A DNA stretch of 64,000 bases from Candidatus Poribacteria bacterium (GTDB taxonomy: Bacteria > Poribacteria > WGA-4E > JAJDTR01), in the NCBI GenBank assembly GCA_965222225.1, contig CBDCTK010000002.1, positions 1,056,001-1,120,000 on the forward strand. Reading direction: 5' to 3'. The translations under genes and the position numbers were made by a program. The notes beneath the pieces were generated by a model. It was not told the origin of the DNA. It searched no databases and saw only the letters and a list, made by a program, of their open reading frames with translations. This document shows positions 11,011 through 20,599 of the stretch, one piece after another (the stretch's first letter is position 1; every line of letters begins with the position of its first letter).

Positions 11011-12435
11011 CTATTCAATATTTGCCATTGGCGGTCGTCGCTTCCAAAATCCTGTCGCTTTCTCAAAGGCATAGGCCAGTTGCAATACTCCGAAATCGTC
11101 TTGGTGCCTCCCTACAATTTGAACGCCTACGGGCAATCCCTCAGACGTGAAACCACACGGTACCGAGATAGCAGGAAGACCAATCACACTAATGTAGTAA
11201 CACGATTTCATCCAATCAATATACGTATCCATTTTCACGCCGTTAATCTCAGTAATATATCGTTGTTTAACGTCGAAAGGAGGCACTTGGCTCACCGGGA
11301 GAATCAGAAACTCATAGGTCTCCATAAATTCTCGAAGGCGGTGATAAAGTTCCGTCCGCTTGCGTTCAGCATGCCCAATCTGTGGGCCGGTTAACTCCAT
11401 ACCCACTTCAGTGTTCCAGATTACAGAATCCTTTATCTGATCTCGACATGTCTCTAGCAATTTTGCAAACATGACTTCAAAGCACCAAGCTCGCCAAACT
11501 TGGAAGATTTCATCGGCATCTTTGAAGTCGGGTTCCACGTCTTCAACGCGGCAACCCATAGACTCGAAGACGTGGCGTTCTTGATCGATTACCTCGGTCA
11601 CACTTGGATCCACTGGAAGTTCACCTAGATTACGGCTCCAAGCAATACGTACTTTTTTGAAATCGCGATCCAAAGGGCGTGCGAATAGACTTCCCGGTTC
11701 AGAGATTGCAATCGGCGAGCGTGGATCTGGCCCCGCGATGGCACTCAGTAGGAGCGCGGCGTCTTCTACGGTGCGAGCCATTGGTCCCTCCACCGATATG
11801 GGGTACCATGCGAGTAAGCTGGGCCAAACGGGGACTCTGCCGGGGGAGGTGCGAAGCCCAACCACGTTACAAAAGCTAGCTGGAATCCGCAGCGAACCCC
11901 CGCTGTCGCTGCCATCCGCGATGGGTTGCATTCCACATGACAAGGATACGGCTGCACCACCACTACTTCCTCCACTGGTTTTGGACGTGTCATAAGGATT
12001 GAACGTCTCACCGAACACTTCATTGTAGGTTTGCGCGCCTGCCCCAAACTCCGGCACATTAGTCTTACCGATTGTGATAGCCCCTGCCTTTTTCAATCGT
12101 TCCACAATGAGCCCATCATGATCCGGCACAAAATCTTTGTAGATTGGAGAGCCCATCGTTGTTCGCATTCCTCGCGTCGGAACCAAGTCTTTATGTGCAA
12201 TCGGCAGACCGTGTAGCGGTCCGACTTCTTGCCCCCGCACAAGTGTCTCGTCTGCAGCTTTACCTGCATCCACCGCTTGCTGCGGATGCAAAGTGATAAC
12301 CGCATTGACTAATGGGTTGATGCGGTCAATCTGTGCCAAGTGTGCCTCAACTACCTCTCTAGTGGAAATATCTTTGGCACGGATACGATGTGCCAATTCT
12401 GTAGCAGTAAGGAAACAAATCTCTGAATTTGCCAT
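11011..12435 (-). CDS. Amidase (amidase-signature family)
   Basis: GLPIAHKD, GGSSGG, GSDSGGSLRIPAS, GLPVGVQ. Confidence 0.93.
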   Translation of the reverse strand: MANSEICFLTATELAHRIRAKDISTREVVEAHLAQIDRINPLVNAVITLHPQQAVDAGKAADETLVRGQEVGPLHGLPIAHKDLVPTRGMRTTMGSPIYKDFVPDHDGLIVERLKKAGAITIGKTNVPEFGAGAQTYNEVFGETFNPYDTSKTSGGSSGGAAVSLSCGMQPIADGSDSGGSLRIPASFCNVVGLRTSPGRVPVWPSLLAWYPISVEGPMARTVEDAALLLSAIAGPDPRSPIAISEPGSLFARPLDRDFKKVRIAWSRNLGELPVDPSVTEVIDQERHVFESMGCRVEDVEPDFKDADEIFQVWRAWCFEVMFAKLLETCRDQIKDSVIWNTEVGMELTGPQIGHAERKRTELYHRLREFMETYEFLILPVSQVPPFDVKQRYITEINGVKMDTYIDWMKSCYYISVIGLPAISVPCGFTSEGLPVGVQIVGRHQDDFGVLQLAYAFEKATGFWKRRPPMANIE

Positions 12436-12516
12436 ACTTCATCCTTTCTTGGACTTCATTTGGCTTTCAACCGCACCCTTCAAGACTCTCGTAAATCTTC
12501 CACATGTTGACCCGCC

Positions 12517-13551
12517 CTAATTTTCCCAGTCAAAAATCACTCCCAACATTGACTTTTCGCGATGATAAATCATTTCGTAAGCCTTCGCAATTTTGGTATA
12601 GTGGAAACGATGGGTAATTAACCGCTTCGGTTCTAGGCGACCGTCTTTCATTAAGGAGAGAATATAGTCGGCAGACCGATTCACTGCAAACCGGTCGTAT
12701 GTAACGATTGGGCTATTTTGATTGGCCTCTGGATACAAATTCCCCGCAACACCTGATACAGCAATGATTGATATTCCCTTGTTATAGAACCACTCCATAG
12801 CTAACGGGTTAAAATCAAGCGGTGGCTCGCCACGACCGAGGAGACTAACAATAGAGACTCTGCCATTTGGCCGAACGATTTGCAAGGATGCGCGATAAGC
12901 GGACCATGGATTGGCTGTAAGAATAACAAGATCGACACCAACGCCGTCAGTGAGGGAATCTAGCTTCTCACAGAGTGTGGGGTCGTCGAACATGAATACG
13001 GCATGCGCCCCCATTCGCTCTGCCATCTCAAGGCGGACAGCACTGTTGCCGATTGCGATCGCTCTTGCGCCAAAGACCTGTCCTAGCGCAACCGCTCCCA
13101 GCCCGAGTACGCCCAAGCCCACGACTGCTACATTCTCTCCCGGTTGGAAATGCGCCTTCCGGTAGCAGAGGTAACTGAGATTATAAAGGTGCGTGAAGAC
13201 CGCGTCCTCCGGATGAACATCACTGGGAACCTTGACAATGTTTGGGGCCTCTCTAATGATATACTCGGATTGATGGGGTTGCTGGGTTACCACGCGATCA
13301 CCCACTTGAAAACGCTTGACGGCATGTCCCACTCCTTGTACAACTCCCAGATTGCTGTCACCGACCCATCTGGGGTAGTCAGGCGCGCCAGGGACGCGTT
13401 CGGATCCTTCATAATTACCGCGGTCGGTCCCGATTTTCAGCGCGGAAATTTCCGTCTCGATCCAAATTTCATCGGGTTCGAGATTACTCGTGTCAAGTTC
13501 ATGCTCCTCAATGTGCAAGTCTCTCGGCCCTCGCAGCATCGCGATTTTCAT
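12517..13551 (-). CDS. MDR-family (zinc-binding-type) dehydrogenase
   Basis: GroES-like N-terminus and Rossmann motif VVGLGVLG; start set at MKIAMLRG, which has a GGGAG RBS. Confidence 0.82.
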   Translation of the reverse strand: MKIAMLRGPRDLHIEEHELDTSNLEPDEIWIETEISALKIGTDRGNYEGSERVPGAPDYPRWVGDSNLGVVQGVGHAVKRFQVGDRVVTQQPHQSEYIIREAPNIVKVPSDVHPEDAVFTHLYNLSYLCYRKAHFQPGENVAVVGLGVLGLGAVALGQVFGARAIAIGNSAVRLEMAERMGAHAVFMFDDPTLCEKLDSLTDGVGVDLVILTANPWSAYRASLQIVRPNGRVSIVSLLGRGEPPLDFNPLAMEWFYNKGISIIAVSGVAGNLYPEANQNSPIVTYDRFAVNRSADYILSLMKDGRLEPKRLITHRFHYTKIAKAYEMIYHREKSMLGVIFDWEN

Positions 13552-13744
13552 AGACATCTCCCTAGTTTCGCAGACTGTGGACTTGATTCCAAAAATTAGC
13601 ATATCTCAGCGGAGTTATTCGTCGTGATTCTGCCAGCGGTGGAAATTTTTCGTAACGACAGTTCATACGATGTGGGAACTTGACTGCGAATGGTGGACAT
13701 CCTCAATACGGCAAAACAGTGACACTCTATGTTCCACGAGAGAT

Positions 13745-15370
13745 TCAGCTCGGATTCCCACGACGTAGGAGAGCATTGACCAAGTAATCCAACTCCTTGA
13801 CCTTTAACAGCTTGCAGAGACTAAGCAACGTAACAAGCCCTAAGATGATTGTGACAAACACACCTGTCAAGCGCACGATTACGCCGTCTACGCCAATCCA
13901 ACTTTCAATCCAAAAACTCATCTTCCAACAGACCGCGCCCATAATGATAGAAGACACTATGACCTTTGCAAATAGAATCCCAACTTTCCCCAACTCTAAA
14001 CCTCCTACTTTTCGGTGCAAAAGTATCAGCAACACCACGAAATTTAGCGTAGTTGTACACGAAATAGAACACGCTATTGCGCGATGATCTAACCTTAGAT
14101 GGAAGATGAAGACATAGTTTAATACAATGTTTACCACAACCGTGAGTGCACTGACTATCACCGGTGTTCGAGTATTATTGAAGGCGTAAAATCCATCAGT
14201 TGCAATCTTGACTGCCGAAAAACTACATAATCCAATGGCATAGAAGAAAAGCGCCCTTGCTGTTTGCTGCGTGTCAACATGCGTTGCTTTCCCCCATTCA
14301 AAAATCAAGCGGCATATAGGTTCCGACAACACCATTAAGCCTACGGACGCAGGCAGTGTGAACAGGATTATCAAGCGCAATGAATATAAGAAAGATTGGC
14401 GGTAGTCTTCTATTCTGTCCTGCACAACCAACTTGGATAAATTCGGTAATGCCGCTGTCGAAATTGCCACACCGAATACTCCAATCGGGAGGTGCATGAG
14501 GCGAAATGCTCGAGTCAAATAGGTAATCCAACCCTCCCCCTGCGAGGCAAATCTTAAATTGACAAAAAGATTGATTTGTAACGCGGCAGCTCCGAAAACT
14601 GCAGGGATAATCAGTCGCACTACTTGCAGCACTCGTGGATCTCGAAAACTGATGCTTGGGCGGTATCGAAATCCGACGCGCCACATTGATGGGACTTGAA
14701 CGAGAAACTGTAGTGCCCCACCGACTAGCACTCCGACCGCCAGGCCAGTAGCCGGGTGTAATCCAAGGTCCTGAGAAACATAGTATCCCCATACCCCAAC
14801 AATTAACGAACCCAAATTAAAAAAAGATGAGGCGCAGGCAGGCACCCCAAATCTCCCCTTGCTGTTCAATAACCCCATCGCTATCGCCCCAAACGAGGCA
14901 AGTATCAAGAACGGAAACATGATTCGCGTAAGATAAACCGTAAGGCTCCGTTTGTCGGTTAAATCGAATCTTTCTCCAGAGTCTAACTGATTATCGAATC
15001 CTTCCCCACCAGTCATCAGGCTTACGATTAACGGAGCGGCAAGTATTCCGATTAAACAGAGAATCGTAAGCACCAAGGCCGTCAAATTCAAGATTTGGCT
15101 AGTTAGTCGTTGGGCGGCTTCTTTGCCTTCTTCTAGTTCGGTCACAGTGAATGTCCTGACGAAAGCCTTGCTCAATACACCTTCGCCGAAGAGGTCCCGA
15201 ACCAAGTTTGGAATACGGAATGCAGCATAAAAGGCATCGGCGCTAATCCCTGTAGTGAAGAAATATGCAATTGCCTGCTCTCGCATCAACCCAAGCAGAC
15301 GTGAAACCATTACGGCAATACCGATGACTCCTGCCGATCTTGCTATCGTCGTAAGATTGTCATTTCGCAT
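13745..15370 (-). CDS. murJ: Lipid II flippase MurJ
   Basis: SRLLGLMRE, ADAFYAAFRIPNLVRDLFGEG, HLPIGVFGVAIST; start uncertain (15370 or 15388). Confidence 0.93.
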   Translation of the reverse strand: MRNDNLTTIARSAGVIGIAVMVSRLLGLMREQAIAYFFTTGISADAFYAAFRIPNLVRDLFGEGVLSKAFVRTFTVTELEEGKEAAQRLTSQILNLTALVLTILCLIGILAAPLIVSLMTGGEGFDNQLDSGERFDLTDKRSLTVYLTRIMFPFLILASFGAIAMGLLNSKGRFGVPACASSFFNLGSLIVGVWGYYVSQDLGLHPATGLAVGVLVGGALQFLVQVPSMWRVGFRYRPSISFRDPRVLQVVRLIIPAVFGAAALQINLFVNLRFASQGEGWITYLTRAFRLMHLPIGVFGVAISTAALPNLSKLVVQDRIEDYRQSFLYSLRLIILFTLPASVGLMVLSEPICRLIFEWGKATHVDTQQTARALFFYAIGLCSFSAVKIATDGFYAFNNTRTPVIVSALTVVVNIVLNYVFIFHLRLDHRAIACSISCTTTLNFVVLLILLHRKVGGLELGKVGILFAKVIVSSIIMGAVCWKMSFWIESWIGVDGVIVRLTGVFVTIILGLVTLLSLCKLLKVKELDYLVNALLRRGNPS

Positions 15371-15415
15371 CTGACCTTCTGTCAACATGATAAGAACGCT
15401 GTCCACCAGACTTTT

Positions 15416-15444
15416 TTGACATTTGTACGATTGTAAGGTACACT
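15416..15444 (+). promoter_or_regulatory. sigma70-type promoter
   Basis: TTGACA-17bp-TACACT. Confidence 0.6.
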
Positions 15445-15450
15445 GTAGAA

Positions 15451-15640
15451 TCCCCAAGAGCCAACAACCTCGTTTAGACGTACTGTTTGAGCGTTGTTGT
15501 CCCCAAGGTGCATCAAGTTTGATCCTTCTCAAGGAGGCGGCGGAGGAAAGTCTAGACTTTTCGCCTGGGTAAAATTCGATGGCTCAAGCCCGATATTGCC
15601 CGGCGAATTGTGCTGGACTCGGCAACATAGATGCAGCCAT
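15451..15640 (+). ncRNA. Candidate structured RNA or 5' leader (unclassified)
   Basis: Directly after the promoter; nested stems CAACAAC/GTTGTTG, GGTGCATC/GATGCAGCC, TCCTT/AAGGA, GGCG..AAAGTC/GACTTT..CGCC, TTGCC/GGCAA. Confidence 0.35.
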
Positions 15641-15687
15641 GTGAAGATTTCCACTGTACGAAGATTCTTTGGAAGGGATGCCTGAAA

Positions 15688-16071
15688 ATGCCTGAAAGAA
15701 AGAGAACTATAACTGTCGAAGAGGCGAATCAATTTATCCCCATGCTAGAAAAAGACATCTTGGAACTAAAATCGCTCCGTAAGAAGTTGGAAGCCCTCGG
15801 TGTAGAGATGTCCGCGCTTTTTGAAAACGTCCATCTCAACGGCGGTCATCGCAAAACGCCAGAATTTCTTCAATTGTCATCACAGTTTCGCGGAGTTATC
15901 GAACGAATAAATTCCTACGGTTGTGTGATAAAAAACATAGATCCCGGACTAGTAGACTTTCCTCACCTGCGCGATGGTCGAGAGGTTTACCTCTGTTGGC
16001 AGTTTGGCGAAGACGAGATTCGTTATTGGCATGACATCGACGCTGGATTCGCTGGCAGACAGCCGCTATAA
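15688..16071 (+). CDS. DUF2203 domain protein
   Basis: TVEEANQFIP, GLVDFP, VYLCWQFGE..IRYWH...GFAGRQPL. Confidence 0.88.
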   Translation: MPERKRTITVEEANQFIPMLEKDILELKSLRKKLEALGVEMSALFENVHLNGGHRKTPEFLQLSSQFRGVIERINSYGCVIKNIDPGLVDFPHLRDGREVYLCWQFGEDEIRYWHDIDAGFAGRQPL

Positions 16072-16106
16072 ACAACCCAAATCCTCTGGACACACATGCG
16101 CTTGCC

Positions 16107-16916
16107 CTAAGACTTTGCTTTGTGCCAGTCCCTGTCTAAAAAATAGAAGTGGTTGGTTGGACCATGCCCGTGTCCAATATCAAGCGCCCCTCGAATGGCG
16201 TTGGTGATGTATTCTTTCGCAGTCTCTATGGCTTCCACCATGTTCAACCCTTGAGCAAGGCGAGTCGCGATTGCAGCCGAATAGGTACAGCCCGTGCCAT
16301 GTGTATTATTTGTTTCTATCCGAGCTTCATCAAAGAGTGTGAATTCTCCCTCATCATACAAGACATCTGTCGATCGATCGCCCGGTAGATGCCCGCCCTT
16401 TACCAACACAGCCCCGCATCCGTAGTTGTGGATAATCTCTGCCGCCCGTTTCGCATCATCCCGCGTTTCAATTTTGCGTGCCGCTAATATTTCCGCTTCA
16501 TGCAAGTTAGGAGTAATTAACTTTGCCAGAGGAATCAGGGTCGCTTTCAAGCTGTTAATTGCCTCCGCTTTGAGGAGAAAAAATTCGCTCTTGGAAATCA
16601 TCACGGGGTCGATAACGATATTTTGTGCTTCAACTTCTCGCAACTTCCTCGCGACAGTCTGCACAATGCTTGAAGAAGACAACATACCCGTTTTTACGGC
16701 GGACACCTCGAAGTCGGCGAAGACCGCATCCAACTGTGCTTCGATGAGGTCCGATGGTAAATCGTAAGCGCGTGTGATTTCTAGCGAATTCTGCGCCGTA
16801 ACCGACGTAAGAACAGACATCGCGTAGCCGCCGTTCGCGTGAATAGATTTGATATCAGCCTGAACGCCAGCTCCACCTCCAGAATCAGAACCCGCGATAG
16901 TTAAAACCTGCTTCAT
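16107..16916 (-). CDS. thiD: Hydroxymethylpyrimidine/phosphomethylpyrimidine kinase
   Basis: LTIAGSDSGGGAGVQADIK, KTGML, ITPNLHEA, THGTGCTYS. Confidence 0.96.
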   Translation of the reverse strand: MKQVLTIAGSDSGGGAGVQADIKSIHANGGYAMSVLTSVTAQNSLEITRAYDLPSDLIEAQLDAVFADFEVSAVKTGMLSSSSIVQTVARKLREVEAQNIVIDPVMISKSEFFLLKAEAINSLKATLIPLAKLITPNLHEAEILAARKIETRDDAKRAAEIIHNYGCGAVLVKGGHLPGDRSTDVLYDEGEFTLFDEARIETNNTHGTGCTYSAAIATRLAQGLNMVEAIETAKEYITNAIRGALDIGHGHGPTNHFYFLDRDWHKAKS

Positions 16917-16917
16917 T

Positions 16918-17571
16918 TTATCTAACTTTGCACTTCTCTAATTCCCTTAGATATTCCCGCGCCCGGTTAATGCCGGTCTCCGGCAACATCAACCCCGACA
17001 TTACTGCCACGCCATATGCCCCAGCCTCAATACACTCCGGCACCCGGTCAGGAGAAACTCCACCCAATGCGAAGACTGGTATTTCAAATGCCGATGTTAA
17101 ATCGTCAAGTTTTTTCAGACCTACAGCGGGCCCATATCCTGGTTTACTTGCAGTCGGGAAGATTGGGCTGTAAGTGATAAAGTCGGCGCCGTCCTTCTCC
17201 CGCGCCTGCGCCCCACCAAGACTGTGAATGGAACAACCGATTAGTAGTCTTTTTCCCATTTGTGTCTTAATCTGTTCTATTGACGGCGTGCTGGCTGGAA
17301 AGTGTAACCCGGAGACGCCAAGATTCAACGCGATTTCCACTCGTGAATTAACAAACAGCTGTGCGAAATATGTCTGGCAGAGTTCGGCAATCGGCGCAGC
17401 CAGATTGAAGAACTCCAAGTCGCCCAGTTCTTTTTCACGGAGTTGGATTGCCGTGACACCCACGTCCAAGAGACTGTGAATTACGTCATACAATGAGCGC
17501 GGTTCACACAGCGATCTGTTCGTAATTGCGTATAGCTTGAAGTCGATCGGCTGGCGTGCGTTATTGGTCAA
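16918..17571 (-). CDS. thiE: Thiamine phosphate synthase (ThiE/TenI family)
   Basis: LYAITN, IQLREK, SPIFPTASKPG, VFALGG; abuts thiD. Confidence 0.8.
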   Translation of the reverse strand: MTNNARQPIDFKLYAITNRSLCEPRSLYDVIHSLLDVGVTAIQLREKELGDLEFFNLAAPIAELCQTYFAQLFVNSRVEIALNLGVSGLHFPASTPSIEQIKTQMGKRLLIGCSIHSLGGAQAREKDGADFITYSPIFPTASKPGYGPAVGLKKLDDLTSAFEIPVFALGGVSPDRVPECIEAGAYGVAVMSGLMLPETGINRAREYLRELEKCKVR

Positions 17572-17656
17572 TCAAATGGCTTCCAAGCAACGGGTTGTTT
17601 TTGAGGTAAAAGTCACAGAATGAGTGAACGATTCACCCGATTCCATGAATTCCACT

Positions 17657-19561
17657 TCAATCGCGTGGCTGTAACTTAGAATGTTTCTGTACAAAATATA
17701 CTGCCGCCAGTATTCCTAATGCGATTACGAAGGTAGCAAAATTATCAATGAATGCTAAAAACGCTGCGATAACAAGCGCAATCCATTCAATCCACCTCGT
17801 TTTCCGAACGAAATATCCCATCGTAACCAGCGAAAATATAAACGTGCCCACTACCGCGGTAATAACGGAAAAAATGTTCTGTATGAGGGTCCCGTCCATG
17901 AGGATGTGAGTGTATGCGAACAGTAACGGCATCACGTAAAGTAGCTTGGCAAACTTGAAACAAGCCCATCCGGTCTGCCATGGATTGGCTCTAGCAATCG
18001 CCGCGCCAGCGTACGCGCCCAATGCAACAGGCGGAGTAATGTTCGAATCTTGGCTAAGCCAAAAAATGATTAGGTGTGCGGCAACGAAGGAGACACCCAT
18101 CTGATCGCTTGTAAGTATCGGGACCGCAAGTTCCGAAGTAATCAGATACGCCGCTGTCACGGGAATACCCATTCCCAATATCAACGACGCTACCGCCAAT
18201 AGTAGAATCGCAATCACACTACTGTTTCCAGCGACCGATAGCACAAGATCGGGAAACATTCGTCCTAATCCGGTGAGATCGATAACAGCGATAATAATGC
18301 CAATGCAACCCACCGCACCACCAATTGCCAACGAATTGCGTGCCCCCAAAACCATTGCTTCCCACAGTCGGTTCGGCGTGAGGCGAGTCTCCGGTCGAAT
18401 ATAACTCACTACAATGGTTGTTAAAATAGCGAAAAACGCTGCTTTGGATGCGGTGGAACCCGAAATCAGAGTTGCAATAAGTGTAAGCAAAGGAGCCAAG
18501 CAATACCATTGGCGTTTAAGCAGCGGAAAGAGTTGAGGTAAATCATCCTTCGGCAACCCCTGGATGTTCCATTTTTTTGCTTCTAGGTGCACCATCACCC
18601 ACACGGCGAAAAAGTAAAGCAGTGCCGGAGCAACCGAAATGAGCGCAATGTGGCTGTAAGGCAGCTCTGTGCGCTCTGCCATAATGAAAGCGCCCGCACC
18701 CATTACCGGCGGCAAGAATTGACCACCGACCGAAGCAGTCGCTTCCACTGCCCCGGCAACATGGGGTCGAAATCCTGTGCGCTTCATCAGCGGGATTGTG
18801 AACGATCCGGTCGCTACGGTGTTCGCAATCGCGCTACCCGCAACGGAACCGAAGAAGCCCGAGGCAGCAATAGCTACTTTGGCAGGACCTCCTATCGACT
18901 GCCCCGCTATGGCCATTGGTAGGTCAATGAAAAATTGCCCTACGCCCGATTTTTCGAGAAAAGCCCCAAAGAAGATGAAGAGAATAACATAGGTTGCCAT
19001 CACGTTTGCCATGATGCCGAAAATTCCAGCTTGGCTGAAGAAGCTATATTCGATAATTCGCTGTAACGTAAAACCCTTGTGTTCAATGGCGGATGGCATC
19101 GACCTGCCGAGCAAGGCATACAGAATGGCAACTCCCGCGATAATTGTAAGTGCCCAACCGACAGTACGCCGTGAATATTCCAAACTGAGTACCAGCGCGA
19201 TAGCACCAACAACCACATCCAATTTGCTATACGCGCCTGCCCGGTTAGCAAGTGTTTTGTATTCAAGAATCCAATAACCGATTGCAACAATCGTCAATCC
19301 AAGGAGAACGATATCCACTACCGAAGGCCTAGAAGTTGGAGAGTTTTGTTTAAAGCGGTAAAAGATTCCAATCAATATGAACGTAAGGAGCAGATACAAC
19401 CCAACGTGGTATTCCTCTCCCGGCGTGCCAAAGCCTGCCCCCAGAACATAAAAAAGCACAAAGATCACGGCAATGAACTCGAAGATCCATTTCCAGCCGC
19501 CTTGTAGTGCACGGTGCCGTGAGTCAATATTGAGACGCGTTGTCGTGTCTTTATTTTCCAT
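17657..19561 (-). CDS. TRAP transporter fused 4TM/12TM permease (TAXI type)
   Basis: GGPAKVAI, GSAIANTVATGSFTIPLMK, GGQFLPPVMGAGAF, ITPPVAL. Confidence 0.93.
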   Translation of the reverse strand: MENKDTTTRLNIDSRHRALQGGWKWIFEFIAVIFVLFYVLGAGFGTPGEEYHVGLYLLLTFILIGIFYRFKQNSPTSRPSVVDIVLLGLTIVAIGYWILEYKTLANRAGAYSKLDVVVGAIALVLSLEYSRRTVGWALTIIAGVAILYALLGRSMPSAIEHKGFTLQRIIEYSFFSQAGIFGIMANVMATYVILFIFFGAFLEKSGVGQFFIDLPMAIAGQSIGGPAKVAIAASGFFGSVAGSAIANTVATGSFTIPLMKRTGFRPHVAGAVEATASVGGQFLPPVMGAGAFIMAERTELPYSHIALISVAPALLYFFAVWVMVHLEAKKWNIQGLPKDDLPQLFPLLKRQWYCLAPLLTLIATLISGSTASKAAFFAILTTIVVSYIRPETRLTPNRLWEAMVLGARNSLAIGGAVGCIGIIIAVIDLTGLGRMFPDLVLSVAGNSSVIAILLLAVASLILGMGIPVTAAYLITSELAVPILTSDQMGVSFVAAHLIIFWLSQDSNITPPVALGAYAGAAIARANPWQTGWACFKFAKLLYVMPLLFAYTHILMDGTLIQNIFSVITAVVGTFIFSLVTMGYFVRKTRWIEWIALVIAAFLAFIDNFATFVIALGILAAVYFVQKHSKLQPRD

Positions 19562-19654
19562 ATTCGCGAGATTTTCTTATTTTCGGTACCGCAAAGGTGC
19601 AACGCCCAGAGAACTTCATGTGGAAAGATTGTGCGTGCTAAGCTCCCGGATATG

Positions 19655-20434
19655 TTATGCGTGGACCACGTCTCCGCTCGAGAATACACGTAGCTGGCCG
19701 GATTGCTCGCGCAGGACAAGCCTACCGTCCGCATCAATTCGTTCCGCTATGCCGTTGAAGGATCCATCCAATGTCTCAAGCTGTACGTCCTTCCCAATTG
19801 TGGTTGACAAATCAATCGCACTATCAATAATAGTGGCAGTCCTTCCACACTTCAAGTGCGAATAATTGTCTTCCAGATGATGCAAGATAGTGCGGAGAAC
19901 TGAAACACGGGATATGTCACGACCACATTCGATTTGCATGGAAGTAGCCGAAGAACGAAGTGATAAAGGAAATTCGACGGAAGTAATGTTGACATTCACC
20001 CCAAACCCTACAACGAAGAAAGGCTGATGATTCCGATCGTAGTTTAATTCCGTCAGCACACCGCTTATTTTTCTTCCACAGACCAATACATCATTTGGCC
20101 ACCTAATCATCGCAGGTAGCTTGAGCAGTTCTCGAATTGCGTTCGCAATGGAAACTGCGCTCATTAGACTTGGCATACCAATTTGGTTCGGTAAGAGTCG
20201 ATGGCGTAAAATCAGCGAGGTGAGGAGACTAGATCCGTGGGGCGAGTGCCAGATCCTGCCGTGGCGACCACGTCCCGAGGTCTGGTATTCTGCGAGGACG
20301 AGCGTGCCCTCTACTGCACCGGTGTAGCCGCGCTGCAAGGCAAGATGGTTGGTCGATTCCACTCGATTATGGATTTCAATCGATTGTCCGATGACTCGAG
20401 TTCGCAGTCCGTAACGAATTTCATGCTCTGTCAT
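19655..20434 (-). CDS. birA: Biotin--[acetyl-CoA carboxylase] ligase (no HTH domain)
   Basis: ESTN, QTSGRGRHGRIW, RWPNDV, KISGVLTE; start uncertain (20434 or 20461). Confidence 0.92.
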   Translation of the reverse strand: MTEHEIRYGLRTRVIGQSIEIHNRVESTNHLALQRGYTGAVEGTLVLAEYQTSGRGRHGRIWHSPHGSSLLTSLILRHRLLPNQIGMPSLMSAVSIANAIRELLKLPAMIRWPNDVLVCGRKISGVLTELNYDRNHQPFFVVGFGVNVNITSVEFPLSLRSSATSMQIECGRDISRVSVLRTILHHLEDNYSHLKCGRTATIIDSAIDLSTTIGKDVQLETLDGSFNGIAERIDADGRLVLREQSGQLRVFSSGDVVHA

Positions 20435-20599
20435 CGCAGAAGAACTCCCGGCATTCAGCATTTACATTGAAACCGCGCAATTCTACTCCCGATGTTCTGC
20501 AATTTCGCTACGTCCGTATTTATAAATACATGTCGTCAGCATGCGTTTATCGATGGGTAAGACACAACTGGATATGTCGGTTCTAGAGGAGTAGGAAAT

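Noticed and set aside
15541-15565. GGAGGAAAGTC resembles the RNase P RNA signature
   Set aside because: It pairs locally with GACTTTT; the rest of the RNase P core and the required length are absent
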